A stretch of 64,000 nt of DNA. Source: Bradymonadia bacterium (GTDB taxonomy: Bacteria; Myxococcota_A; Bradymonadia; UBA7976; UBA1532). The position numbers were made by a program, and so were the translations under genes. Location: contig JBMHDS010000022.1 in assembly GCA_049889275.1 (NCBI GenBank), positions 197,437-261,436 on the forward strand, in the 5' to 3' direction. Below the pieces are notes generated by a model. The model did not search any database. It was not told where the DNA came from and saw only the letters and a list, made by a program, of their open reading frames with translations. Below, in pieces: positions 40,851-52,935 of the stretch; the stretch's first letter is position 1; each line of letters begins with the position of its first letter.

Positions 40851-42284
40851 CTAAGCGCCAATCTTTTTCTCGATCGACTTTATGTCCGAAGAAAGCTGCT
40901 TGTCGCTGTCGAGCGCCTTTTCGACCTTCCTACATGCCGCCAAAATGGTGCTGTGGTCTTTTCCACCGAATTCACGACCGAGCTGCGGGAATGATGCCTG
41001 CACGTGCTTACGGCACAAATACATGGCGACGCTGCGTGGGTGTGCAATGGCTCTGAAGCGACGCTTGCCGAGTAGGTCGGGCACGGATACATCGAAGTGC
41101 TCTGAGACGATGCTCAAGACGCGTTCAACGGTCAATACGTTCCTCTTCTCTTCGACAAACCCGCGGAAGATCTCCATTGCAAATTCGAGGCTCAGTGAAC
41201 AACGTCTGAAACTGGCGAAGGCAGACAGTCGGGTCAACGCCCCCTCAAGTTCACGTACATTGGCGTGGATGACCCGAGCCAAGTAAAGTGAGACTTCATC
41301 CGGTAACTCGATTGCATCTCGACATGCTTTTTCCTGCAGGATTGCGACGCGTGTCTCAAATTGAGGCGGTTGGATGTCGATAATGAGGCCCCATTGAAAT
41401 CTCGACCGTAAGCGCTGTTCAAGACGAGAAATCTCTTGCGGCGGCTGATCACTTGTTAGAACGATTTGTTTCTGCGCTGCATGAAGTGCATTGAAAGTAT
41501 GAAAAAACTCTTCCTGTGTTGCTTCTTTTCCAGCGAGCACATGGATATCATCCATAAGGAGAACATCGCACTCACGCCGGTACCGCTCACGAAGTGCTTC
41601 CATGGTGCGATTCTTAATGCTTCGGATCACCTGATTCATGAACTCTTCGGCGCTGATGTAAACGATTCGAGCAAGTGGATTCGATTGTTTAATCCGATGA
41701 GCGATCGCATGCAGGAGATGAGTCTTGCCTAGACCTGTACCGCCATAGAGGAACAATGGATTGAAAACCTGGCTCGGAGACTCAGCGACCGATCGCGCGG
41801 CTGCATGTGCCATTTGATTTGCTGGTCCAACAACAAAGTTGTCGAAGGTGTACTGCGGATTTAATGGGAACTCTGCGGCTCGCTCATAGATTGGCGATCC
41901 GGTCGTCGGTGCGTCTGTCTTCTCCACTTTCGTCGCAAGCGGCTCCGTTGCCAACTTTGATGCAGGCGTGTCTGCCACCTTGAGCTCAACTGTGAATGCC
42001 CGACCGGACGCGTCTGTGATCGCCTGAGTCAACAAATCGAAATAGTGTTCGCGGATCCAGTCACCGAAAAAAGCATCGTCAACTTCGAGCACGAGATGGT
42101 TCGCGGTCTCAGTGGCCAAGCGGAGCGGTCGAAAATAGGTATTATAGTTCTCGCGAGTCACGCGTGACCGAATTCTCGTCAATGCGTCTGACCAAATTAA
42201 ACTCACCGCTGAAACGCTCCGATCCACCACCAGGGCAGACTTATCCCTAGAGTTATCCACAAGCCTGTGGATAACTTCTGACAC
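40851..42284 (-). CDS. dnaA: Chromosomal replication initiator DnaA.
   Basis: AAA+ Walker A LFLYGGTGLGKTHLLHAIAH, Walker B LLMDDIHVL, domain IV HPRSVAMYLCRKHVQASFPQLGREFGGKDHSTI; N-terminal domain I WSDALTRIRSRV. The ORF-track start is a GTG at 42284; the true start is probably downstream because the DnaA boxes overlap the first ~10 codons. Confidence 0.95.
   Translation of the reverse strand: MSEVIHRLVDNSRDKSALVVDRSVSAVSLIWSDALTRIRSRVTRENYNTYFRPLRLATETANHLVLEVDDAFFGDWIREHYFDLLTQAITDASGRAFTVELKVADTPASKLATEPLATKVEKTDAPTTGSPIYERAAEFPLNPQYTFDNFVVGPANQMAHAAARSVAESPSQVFNPLFLYGGTGLGKTHLLHAIAHRIKQSNPLARIVYISAEEFMNQVIRSIKNRTMEALRERYRRECDVLLMDDIHVLAGKEATQEEFFHTFNALHAAQKQIVLTSDQPPQEISRLEQRLRSRFQWGLIIDIQPPQFETRVAILQEKACRDAIELPDEVSLYLARVIHANVRELEGALTRLSAFASFRRCSLSLEFAMEIFRGFVEEKRNVLTVERVLSIVSEHFDVSVPDLLGKRRFRAIAHPRSVAMYLCRKHVQASFPQLGREFGGKDHSTILAACRKVEKALDSDKQLSSDIKSIEKKIGA
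42253..42274. promoter_or_regulatory. Two perfect DnaA boxes in inverted orientation (TTATCCACA-agcc-TGTGGATAA) at the dnaA 5' end.
   Basis: Exact matches to the TTATCCACA consensus on both strands, 4 bp apart; a third 2-mismatch box (TTATCCCTA) lies about 10 bp upstream. Coordinates +/-1. Confidence 0.7.
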
Positions 42285-42772
42285 TGTAAATATTGTTACT
42301 GAGGGTCAGCAAACGACGTGAAACCGCCGCCGACATTCAGATCTACTATCAGTCGATTGGCTACGTCACAATGTCTTTTTTTGGCTTTCTGAAAAACGCA
42401 ATGAAGTCGGATATAAAGGGGACTTGAAGATCTTCACAGATCTGCAGATCAAGACTTTTATGAGGCATCTGTCATTTTGTTTTTGGCATTTGAATGGGGC
42501 GTTCAAGGTCCGTATTGGTCAATGGCTAGCCGAGACCTTATGTTTAACGACCGTATGGATCGGGACATGTCCTGTGGACAAAACGATCCGAACGGGATCG
42601 CCGAAGGAAGTGACAGATTTAATCGAAGTGATGATTTGAGTATGTCGCTTGCGTAATATGAAGCCTTGACATGAATACAAAGGTTGACTTCTAGATCTGA
42701 TTTGTGTTTTTATGCCGCGCTCGACGCGCACAGCACGCGCAGTGAGTATCCAGTTTTTGAGGAGTAGTTTCC
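42285..42772. other. Candidate oriC / dnaA control region (rpmH-dnaA intergenic).
   Basis: About 490 bp of non-coding sequence flanked by divergent dnaA and rpmH; DnaA-box-like TGTGGACAA near 42570; AT-rich stretches (GTCTTTTTTTGGCTTTCTGAAAAACG, TGATTTGTGTTTTTATG); about eight GATC sites including four AGATCT palindromes. Confidence 0.45.
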
Positions 42773-42925
42773 ATGTCGAAGCGAACGTTTCAGCCAAGCA
42801 ATGTGTCTCGTCGTCGTACCCACGGCTTTCGAGCCCGTATGGCAACAAAGAGTGGTCGAGCAGTGATCAAGCGACGACGACAGAAAGGCCGTAAGCGTCT
42901 GACTGTATCAACGTATCGTAAGTGA
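42773..42925 (+). CDS. rpmH: 50S ribosomal protein L34 (not in the ORF track, below 60 aa).
   Basis: [50 protein letters not shown] is a canonical L34. Confidence 0.9.
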   Translation: MSKRTFQPSNVSRRRTHGFRARMATKSGRAVIKRRRQKGRKRLTVSTYRK

Positions 42926-43305
42926 TAAACGCGGACGAGCGGTTTCCAAAGGCAGCCCGGCTGCTCAAGCGGCGTCAGTTCCTTGCAGTACAACGTAGCC
43001 GTCATCGCGTCGTCACAAAGCACTTCATTATTTACGCCCGTCGAGGCCGACCAAAATCACTGAAAATTGGCATCACTGTCAGCCGTAAAGTGGGTAAAGC
43101 GCACACCCGGAACAGGATCAAGCGACTCGTGCGCGAGGCGTTTCGACAAAACCGCAATGTGTTGCCCCGAGGACTCAGTCTGGTCTGTGTAGCCCGTAAG
43201 AGCGATTCTGTCGCCAGTCTTGATCACGTGCGCAGCGAGTTAATTTACGCGGCCAGCGAGCTCGAAAAGCGGATGTTGCGTCGTCATTCAAATGAGCGGC
43301 GCTGA
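42922..43305 (+). CDS. rnpA: Ribonuclease P protein component.
   Basis: RNR-like basic motif [17 protein letters not shown]; GTG start overlaps the rpmH stop. Confidence 0.9.
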   Translation: MINADERFPKAARLLKRRQFLAVQRSRHRVVTKHFIIYARRGRPKSLKIGITVSRKVGKAHTRNRIKRLVREAFRQNRNVLPRGLSLVCVARKSDSVASLDHVRSELIYAASELEKRMLRRHSNERR

Positions 43306-43541
43306 TGTTCGCTCGGCTGTGTATATGGGTGGTTCGCGGTTACCAACGTTGGCTGTCACCGCTGACGCCACCGAGCTGCCGGTTTCAACCCACTTGCTCT
43401 CAGTACTCAATTACTGCATACAAGCGCTTCGGATTTTTCAAAGGCAGTTGGTTAACGCTGCGGAGAATAAGTCGGTGTCATCCTTTCAATGAAGGAGGGT
43501 ACGACCCGGTAGAGGTAACGAATGAACGGCCCGGACAATAG
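43305..43541 (+). CDS. yidD: Membrane protein insertion efficiency factor YidD.
   Basis: CRFQPTCSQYSITA...RCHPFNEGGYDPV signature. Confidence 0.85.
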   Translation: MFARLCIWVVRGYQRWLSPLTPPSCRFQPTCSQYSITAYKRFGFFKGSWLTLRRISRCHPFNEGGYDPVEVTNERPGQ

Positions 43542-45291
43542 TGAAGACCAGAAGAATCTCATCCTAGCGATTGTGTTGAGTGCTTTGGTGCTCATGATTT
43601 TTCAATTTATGCAGCCGCCGCCGGTTGAGCAGATGCCAGACAACCAAGGCGGAACCACTGGCACTCAAACGCCGCAAAAGCAGGTCGCACAGGCGGGTGG
43701 GGTGGTCAAAACGCCATCGACCAAGCCGGCCGCGGCAGTGCCCGCGGTCGATATTGAGGCGAAGGTCATCGCAAACCTGACTTCGGATGCGCTGCAGACC
43801 GTCGAGCTGAGTAATGTGGATGGTCAGCTTCGGCGCTGGACACTTCTCGAAGACCAGTATGGTGTGCGTGACCAAGGCGACGCGACCAAGAGCCGCCCAT
43901 TCGACTTCGTAAAGCCGCAACAGAGCAGCGACGAAACGCTGAGCAGCCGCTTTCTCCCGCCAACCATCGATTTGACGGTTGATGGTTCGGTGCTCAGAGG
44001 TGAGTTTCGTTCCATTGAGTCGACTGGCAAAAATGAGGCAGTACTCGAACTCGTCGACAGCGCGAGGCAGATCAAAGTCATTAAGAAGTACACGTTGAGT
44101 GCGACGACATATGCGATCAAGGTGGACGTCTCGGTTGAAAACCTATCGACGCAGGCGCGTCAGTATGGGCTCAGTTCGGAACTCGCGGCGCTGCAAAACA
44201 ACGCGGAGGCCGAGCCAAGCATGTTCATGCCTCCACTTAATCTGTTCAACTCACTCTGCAAGCGCGCGGACGATTTCGAACGTCTACCCGCCGCCGACAT
44301 TATCGATAACGTGAACGACGGCGAACCTGAGCTCAATCAATTTGCTGATGGGCTTCAGTGGGCCGGCATGGACAATCGCTATTTTATGACGGCGATTTTG
44401 GCAGCACCAAATGAGATCAAATCATGTGCAGCCGCCGTCGCTTCACCAGCTACGGCCGGTATTCCGGCCGGATACAGCCGTCTAGCGACCCGGGTGGAAT
44501 TGGAACCCGGGGTTTTATCGGCGGCTGGCACTGCGGGCGCCGCTGTGACGCGGTCGTTTCAATTTTATGGCGGACCGAAGAAGCTATCGGATCTTAACGC
44601 GATGCAGCCCGCTCTCGGTGATGCCATTGATTTTGGTATCTTTTCCGTGATTTGCGTGCCGATGTTGTGGCTGATGCGGTTCTCATTTGAGTACATACCT
44701 AACTGGGGTATTGCCATCATTATCCTAACGGTATTAGTGAAATTGCTGACGCTCCCGTTGACCATTAAACAGTACAAGTCGATGGCCGCGATGAAGAAGA
44801 TCCAGCCGCTCATGAAGAGCCTGCAGGAGAAGTATTCAGACGACAAAGTGCGCATGCAGCAAGAGCTCATGAAGCTGTACCGGGAACACCAGGTGAACCC
44901 CTTGGCGGGTTGCCTGCCTATGGTCATGATGATGCCGATCTATTTCGCCCTATATCGGACGATCTACTCAGCTGTTGAGCTTTACCAGGCAAACTTTGGC
45001 GGCTGGTTGACCGATCTGTCGCAGCAGGATCCGTATTACGTAACCCCGGTTCTCTTGGGCTTGTTGATGATCATACAGTTTCGGCTAAACCCATCTGCAG
45101 GTGATCAGGCACAGACGAAAATTTTGATGTGGGTTATGCCGGTCATGTTTACGGCGATGATGTTGTTCTTGCCCAGCGGGTTGGTGCTCTACATTCTGGT
45201 CAATACGGTCCTGGGTATCGCGCAGCAGTGGTATTCGTATCAACAGCAAGAAGACATCGTACCCAAGAAGAAAGCGCGTTCTAGAAGTTAG
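43522..45291 (+). CDS. yidC: Membrane protein insertase YidC.
   Basis: N-terminal TM, large periplasmic domain and C-terminal five-TM core (...LPLTIKQYKSMAAMKKIQP..., GCLPMVMMMPIYFALY...). Confidence 0.95.
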   Translation: MNGPDNSEDQKNLILAIVLSALVLMIFQFMQPPPVEQMPDNQGGTTGTQTPQKQVAQAGGVVKTPSTKPAAAVPAVDIEAKVIANLTSDALQTVELSNVDGQLRRWTLLEDQYGVRDQGDATKSRPFDFVKPQQSSDETLSSRFLPPTIDLTVDGSVLRGEFRSIESTGKNEAVLELVDSARQIKVIKKYTLSATTYAIKVDVSVENLSTQARQYGLSSELAALQNNAEAEPSMFMPPLNLFNSLCKRADDFERLPAADIIDNVNDGEPELNQFADGLQWAGMDNRYFMTAILAAPNEIKSCAAAVASPATAGIPAGYSRLATRVELEPGVLSAAGTAGAAVTRSFQFYGGPKKLSDLNAMQPALGDAIDFGIFSVICVPMLWLMRFSFEYIPNWGIAIIILTVLVKLLTLPLTIKQYKSMAAMKKIQPLMKSLQEKYSDDKVRMQQELMKLYREHQVNPLAGCLPMVMMMPIYFALYRTIYSAVELYQANFGGWLTDLSQQDPYYVTPVLLGLLMIIQFRLNPSAGDQAQTKILMWVMPVMFTAMMLFLPSGLVLYILVNTVLGIAQQWYSYQQQEDIVPKKKARSRS

Positions 45292-45297
45292 GAGTGA

Positions 45298-45759
45298 GTG
45301 ATGGAGGCGACGGCTTCAGCAATCAGTGCCGGCAATGAATTCCTCAATGGAATATTTGATGCCCTTGGTTTGAGTATTGATATCCAGCATCGAGTTGAAG
45401 GCGATCGGATCGTCTACGAGGTGTCAGGTGATACAGAGCTGCTCAAACGCAGACCGAATTTGGTGACAGCGATCACACTATTGACTTCCCAGACGGCGAG
45501 CCGACTCGATGGACAGCGGTTGAGCTGCGTGCTCGACATCGACGGCCAGCTTGAGTCACGACGCGAACTGCTCAAAATCGCGGCGACTGATGTGGCACGT
45601 GCTGTCCAGAAAAATGGGCGCAGGGCCATCTTCGAAGGCTTAAACTCCACGGAGCGACGCATCGTGCATACCGCTCTTAAAGGCGATGAGTTTGTTGAGA
45701 CGGAGAGCGAGGGTGATGAAGGCCAACGGCGGCTGGTCGTCCGCTCCATCAACGAGTGA
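45298..45759 (+). CDS. jag: Jag/KhpB-like RNA-binding protein (R3H domain).
   Basis: R3H motif RRIVHTALKGDEFVETESEG; position immediately after yidC. Confidence 0.8.
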   Translation: MMEATASAISAGNEFLNGIFDALGLSIDIQHRVEGDRIVYEVSGDTELLKRRPNLVTAITLLTSQTASRLDGQRLSCVLDIDGQLESRRELLKIAATDVARAVQKNGRRAIFEGLNSTERRIVHTALKGDEFVETESEGDEGQRRLVVRSINE

Positions 45760-45856
45760 ATACCTCATCGGGCTCTTCGCTTAGGTAGCGCCCGCTTTGT
45801 TCGATTAGATTGCCCACAAAAAACCAATGATTTCACGCGGTGGGCAGCCCCCTTAA

Positions 45857-48502
<2,646 letters not shown>

Positions 48503-48503
48503 G

Positions 48504-49166
48504 GTGTTGGATAGCGCCTATCTTGAAAAGATTACGGCCACTTTCGTGCGTCTGAACGGTCGAGGACTCATGCTGTCACCGAAGGATGTGCGTCTGGTCT
48601 CTCGATGGTATCGAGCGTCGATACCCGTTGAGGTCGTCATCGAAGGCCTTGAAAGCGCGTTCGATGGAAATCCCAGCCGACGTGTGACCACACTTGCGTA
48701 CGCGTCTCAAGCGGTGGAGAGGTTGGCTAAAAGCCATAGAGACAAGAGAGTTGGGACTGAAGCCATTTTTGGAGACCGAGTCCAAAATTCGGATCGAATT
48801 TTCGTCGGTTGGCTATCGCAAATCAGCGTAGCCGCTGCGCGAGCTACATCGGTTGCGATGCAGGAGGCGTTCGAGTATTTTTCCCACTCGCTTAAAACCA
48901 TTGCTGATGAGCGAGGCGGTTATACGTCACTCCAGCTTACAGAGAAGCTGGAAGCCCTGGAAAAGGTGTCGATGAGTCGGCTGCACGAGAGTTTGCCGCA
49001 AGAGCAAAAAGCTCTCATCATGGCGGATGTTCAACGGGTGCTCGCTGAGATGCCGTCTGTAGATAAGAGAACTCAAGACGAGGTGGAACTCGCATTCATT
49101 AATCGACGTGTGCGGGAGCTACTCGATCTGCCCACGTTGGAGCTCCGTGATGGAGGAGATTGGTAA
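48504..49166 (+). CDS. DnaD-domain-like protein (DDBH2-like), candidate helicase-loading co-factor.
   Basis: FVRLNGRGLMLSPKDVRLVSRWYRASIPVEVVIEGLESAF resembles the DnaD/DnaB_2 domain core (FGRPLSP...L..W......E.I.EAL). A GTG immediately after the gyrB stop is the likely start; the ORF-track start at 48432 overlaps gyrB. Confidence 0.45.
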   Translation: MLDSAYLEKITATFVRLNGRGLMLSPKDVRLVSRWYRASIPVEVVIEGLESAFDGNPSRRVTTLAYASQAVERLAKSHRDKRVGTEAIFGDRVQNSDRIFVGWLSQISVAAARATSVAMQEAFEYFSHSLKTIADERGGYTSLQLTEKLEALEKVSMSRLHESLPQEQKALIMADVQRVLAEMPSVDKRTQDEVELAFINRRVRELLDLPTLELRDGGDW

Positions 49167-49970
49167 GTGTCGGAATGCCCACTATGCAATGATATCGGAG
49201 TCAGCGTTCGAACAGCAGGTCTGGTCTGTGTTGCGGACGTTTGTCAATGTCGGTTGCCCTGTCCTGCGTGCGATGGAACCGGATTTGTCTATGATACAGA
49301 CGAGTATGGCTATCGACAGGCGATTGAATGCAGCTGTCAGCGCTATGAGCGCCGCGCTAAGATTTTCGTCGACGCTCAGATTCCAGGTCGATATTCAGAC
49401 GCGGAGTTCGGTCGCATAAAAACGGATTCGGGCGTCGATGATATGGTCAATGCACGTCGTGCGGCTTGGCGGTTTGCCCGGGAATATCATCCTGGTGTGC
49501 AAGGCATTCTGCTCTATGGCTCCGTCGGAACAGGAAAGACCTATCTGGCTTGCGCTGTGCTTCGATATCTGATTTTGAACCGAGGGGTGCGAGCGCGCTT
49601 TGTCGAATTCATGCACCTATTGTCGGATCTTCGAGCCACATTTGGTGATCGAGGCCATGCAGACCAGGTGATGCAACCGCTCGTTGATATTCCGCTTTTG
49701 GTGATCGACGAGCTCGGTAAAGGACGCGGGTCGGACTGGGAATTGAGCGTTCTAGATGAACTGATCTCTAAGCGTTACAATGCAAAACGAACAACACTGT
49801 TCACCACAAACTACGGAATTGAAGGTCCAGGAAGAGGCGGTGAGGCACTGGAGAGTGAGTCCCTCGTCGAGCGTGTTGGGGTCCGTATTCACTCCAGGCT
49901 GATGGAAATGTGTCAGCCCGTACGTCTTGTTGGTCGGGATCAACGCCGTGGAAATTCCTTCTCGCCTTGA
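49167..49970 (+). CDS. DnaC/DnaI/IstB-family AAA+ protein with an N-terminal DnaJ-type CxxCxGxG zinc finger, candidate replicative helicase loader.
   Basis: Walker A LLYGSVGTGKTYLACAV, Walker B LLVIDELGKG and sensor TTLFTTN; colinear with DnaC; N-terminal Cys cluster CPLCNDIG...CPACDGTGFV...ECSC. The start is directly adjacent to the upstream gene (1-nt junction). Confidence 0.75.
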   Translation: MSECPLCNDIGVSVRTAGLVCVADVCQCRLPCPACDGTGFVYDTDEYGYRQAIECSCQRYERRAKIFVDAQIPGRYSDAEFGRIKTDSGVDDMVNARRAAWRFAREYHPGVQGILLYGSVGTGKTYLACAVLRYLILNRGVRARFVEFMHLLSDLRATFGDRGHADQVMQPLVDIPLLVIDELGKGRGSDWELSVLDELISKRYNAKRTTLFTTNYGIEGPGRGGEALESESLVERVGVRIHSRLMEMCQPVRLVGRDQRRGNSFSP

Positions 49971-49996
49971 TCGTGGACCCACCAGGCGACAACTGT

Positions 49997-51301
49997 TCAG
50001 CGAAACAAATCGCTCACGTCAGGCGTAAGTACATCGAGCGCACTTTTTGAGAAGGCCATGATGGGGGCATTTGGTCTGTCGCTTCGCACGAGCCGACCTT
50101 GCCCGAAAGCATCGCCGATCTTACAGATGACGCGACGCCCCCCGACGAGTTCAATGTTGATTGTTTGCACGGTTGCGCCCAGTTGAATCGAGCGTTGATT
50201 CGAAAAAACTTTTATCGCTTTTACTTTTGCAAGCCGTTCTCGAAATGAATCGGCCTGATCCTGGCTGATCGTCTTCGTCTTGTCGGCCCAAACAATACGC
50301 CATTTGTCTTGTTGCTTTTCCAGTCGAAGATCTGATTGTCCTTGCCAAACAACGGCTAAAACATCGCTCGCGTCAAAATCAAAGAGCCGACGGTTGATCA
50401 AATCCTGTGGACGTGGCTGGAGAAAGATCGCCTGGTGTCGGGGAAGTACTGCGATGAAGTCATCCACTTTCATTGTATCCGAGAGCATCTCAAATCTCTG
50501 TACGGGTAAGCTCCCATCAGCCTTCGACTCGCCGAGGAATAAACCGTATTCGCGAGCATCAGCCGTTTTGAACGTGAGTCGTCGGACGCGGGCCAGATTT
50601 GCGCTAGAGTCATCAAAGTTCATGGCCTTGGCTTGAACCATCGAGTTAACCACCGCAGCGATTTCATCTTGACCAGCTTCTAAGCCTCCAGGTTTTAGCA
50701 TGCGCCAAGCTTGCTCTGGTGTCTCCCGCTCGCTTGCCCAGATAAGGCGTTGATTCTCGTAAAACTCGACACCAAGGACATCACGATACTCATCTTCAAA
50801 GAGCGTCGTCTTACGCCACTTCAGCTCTGTCCGGTCGAATAACTGCCTGAGGTTGGCGCGAGCGCGAAAAACGCGTTTGTCATCTTCATCGTAGATAAAT
50901 GTGAACCGATCGTTGACCACCTTACCAATTCGGAATGTCTTTTTTTTCGACGCCGAAATGGTCACGCGAATCGCGTAGTCGGTGAGCCCATACTGGCCTA
51001 AATCGTCTACGTTCTGGAGTTCAAGGTCCATGGTGATAGCGTCTTTAAAGGTGCGGTCGAGGAGTTTTGACGAGCTTTGATCGAGTGTACGGGCGAGTTT
51101 ACCGATGGTGCAGACCTTAACTGAACAATCAAGCTGAACGGCTGCCGTCTGAGGCCGTTCGATGATGAACTGTGTGATTTGCGAACGTGGTGGCAGCGTA
51201 TAGTCGATCTCGCGGCTCGTTGGCTCTCTGGAATGCTCGGCCACTGTCATCAAGGCCAAAATGGTGCATAGGCCGGCCAATATCGGGAGCCGCTTGTTCA
51301 T
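49997..51301 (-). CDS. Secreted DUF4340-like protein (GldG-associated).
   Basis: Signal peptide; position immediately downstream of and overlapping the GldG-like gene, as in known ABC-2/GldG/DUF4340 operons; family assignment is from context and memory. Confidence 0.45.
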   Translation of the reverse strand: MNKRLPILAGLCTILALMTVAEHSREPTSREIDYTLPPRSQITQFIIERPQTAAVQLDCSVKVCTIGKLARTLDQSSSKLLDRTFKDAITMDLELQNVDDLGQYGLTDYAIRVTISASKKKTFRIGKVVNDRFTFIYDEDDKRVFRARANLRQLFDRTELKWRKTTLFEDEYRDVLGVEFYENQRLIWASERETPEQAWRMLKPGGLEAGQDEIAAVVNSMVQAKAMNFDDSSANLARVRRLTFKTADAREYGLFLGESKADGSLPVQRFEMLSDTMKVDDFIAVLPRHQAIFLQPRPQDLINRRLFDFDASDVLAVVWQGQSDLRLEKQQDKWRIVWADKTKTISQDQADSFRERLAKVKAIKVFSNQRSIQLGATVQTINIELVGGRRVICKIGDAFGQGRLVRSDRPNAPIMAFSKSALDVLTPDVSDLFR

Positions 51302-52935
51302 ACGCGTCGCCTCCGTTTCAGGTTGAAAAGGCCGATGACGATCAAGACCAAAACTGGACTCGCGACGGCGACGAGGCGAACCGAAAACCTCTCTGATGAC
51401 GTCGTTGGGTACAGATTCTTATCCGTGGTCGTTCGTGCTCGTATACCGGATAAGCGTGCATCCACGGCAGCCCAAGCGACCGCATTTCGGAGAAAACGTA
51501 AGCCATTCTCGCTCGCTGCTAACATGCGGGTGCCACTGGTCGCCAGCACGATTCGAGCATCGCCCTGAGCGGTGGCGAGGAAGCTTGGGAATTGTTGATT
51601 GGATCCACTTGAGGTGATGGGCTTGTCCTCTGCTTTAAATGCAGACCGGAGAGTTCCCTCGAGTGCCGCAACGACGGACACGGGTTCAGGCAATGGCTGA
51701 AGATCTTTGATGGTTTGGTAGTAGTCTGGACCTGAGCGGGTTGCGTCCGTGGTGGCTTTAGCTGTTTTCTCAGACACATATAATGATGTTCTCTGAACGC
51801 GGTCATCACTGGCTTCAAGCTTGATCGGGCTTGCGACTGGCACGATGAGGGTCTCAAGGCCTGCAATGGCTGGATGGTCGGTATCTGGGGTGACCATTTG
51901 GGTGTAGAGAGGATGGGCAGCAAAAATGACCCTGCCGCTGCGATCCCGCTGTACCGGGGCAGGCTTAGGGTTTTGAGTATCGACCAGTGTTCGTTTGGCG
52001 TCGATGATGGCGCCATAAGCACTGAGCATCGACTCGAGGCCGGTCAATGCATTGACCAGCAGGTTGGGGTAAACGTTGCTTATGGGTCTATAATCTAAAC
52101 AGAGAACAAGACTCTTGCCGCGCATTAAGAATTGATCGATTGAGTACTGCTCCGCTCGACTAAAGGGACGCCTTGAACCGAGTAAAACAAGCACATCGAT
52201 GTGCGCCGGAATGGGCTTTCCATCGATATCAATCTTCTCCAAGTCCCCATATTGTTCGAGTTCGGTTCGTAGTGGACTCGAGAAGATATCTGGCTCTCCA
52301 TGATTTTGCCCAAGTGCGATCACTTGTTTCTTACTGCGACCGAGTGTGACCCGTTGCAGTGTGGTGGCGAAGGCATATTCAAACTGATCTGCTCGATAGA
52401 TTGGGGGCGCTACGGCTTGACGACTCCCTCTTGTGACCACAATTCCAAGGTAGACAGACAGCCGCACCCGCTGGTCGGCTTGAATGGTCTGGATTTCCGT
52501 CTTCTTAAGTCCATAGGCTTTCGCCTGTTCATTGAGGTTCTCGCGCTCTTTGGGGCTGAGTTCCGTCTCTAACGGGTCGACGAATTTGATGTCGAATGGG
52601 ACATCCGATGACGCCTTGTAGCTCTGCAGACCAGAGCGAATCGTTCTCACGATATCTCCATATGGAGCCGGCAGACTACTGGGTAAGAAGGCCCGAACCG
52701 TGATCGGTTCCTCCGAGGCACGAAGAAGACTCTCACCCTCAGCGCTGATCAAATGGCGCTGGTTGTAGGTAAAGTCCAGTCGAGTGCGGGTGTTGACGGC
52801 CGCGAGGTTGGTGAGAATCGTGGCAGTGATCCACAGGCTTGTCGCAACCAGGGTTGCCACTTTCAGATGTCTTCGACGCTGAGTCATCGCCATCGCCTCA
52901 GATGCAGTCTCTCCGCCGTAAGACCGGTCGCGCAT
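51298..52935 (-). CDS. GldG-like auxiliary component of an ABC-2 exporter.
   Basis: N-terminal TM, large periplasmic domain and C-terminal TM (VAVASPVLVLIVIGLF); operon with an ABC-2 permease and ATPase. Confidence 0.65.
   Translation of the reverse strand: MRDRSYGGETASEAMAMTQRRRHLKVATLVATSLWITATILTNLAAVNTRTRLDFTYNQRHLISAEGESLLRASEEPITVRAFLPSSLPAPYGDIVRTIRSGLQSYKASSDVPFDIKFVDPLETELSPKERENLNEQAKAYGLKKTEIQTIQADQRVRLSVYLGIVVTRGSRQAVAPPIYRADQFEYAFATTLQRVTLGRSKKQVIALGQNHGEPDIFSSPLRTELEQYGDLEKIDIDGKPIPAHIDVLVLLGSRRPFSRAEQYSIDQFLMRGKSLVLCLDYRPISNVYPNLLVNALTGLESMLSAYGAIIDAKRTLVDTQNPKPAPVQRDRSGRVIFAAHPLYTQMVTPDTDHPAIAGLETLIVPVASPIKLEASDDRVQRTSLYVSEKTAKATTDATRSGPDYYQTIKDLQPLPEPVSVVAALEGTLRSAFKAEDKPITSSGSNQQFPSFLATAQGDARIVLATSGTRMLAASENGLRFLRNAVAWAAVDARLSGIRARTTTDKNLYPTTSSERFSVRLVAVASPVLVLIVIGLFNLKRRRRV

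Noticed and set aside
42285-42772. Reading the GATC cluster as proof of Dam-regulated (SeqA-type) origin control.
   Set aside because: Dam/SeqA is a gammaproteobacterial system. The enrichment could reflect an AGATCT-containing repeat or chance. I keep it as an observation only.
42424-42894. Small ORFs (71, 109 and 60 aa) in the rpmH-dnaA spacer.
   Set aside because: They lie in the candidate oriC/promoter region, have no coding signal, and one overlaps rpmH.
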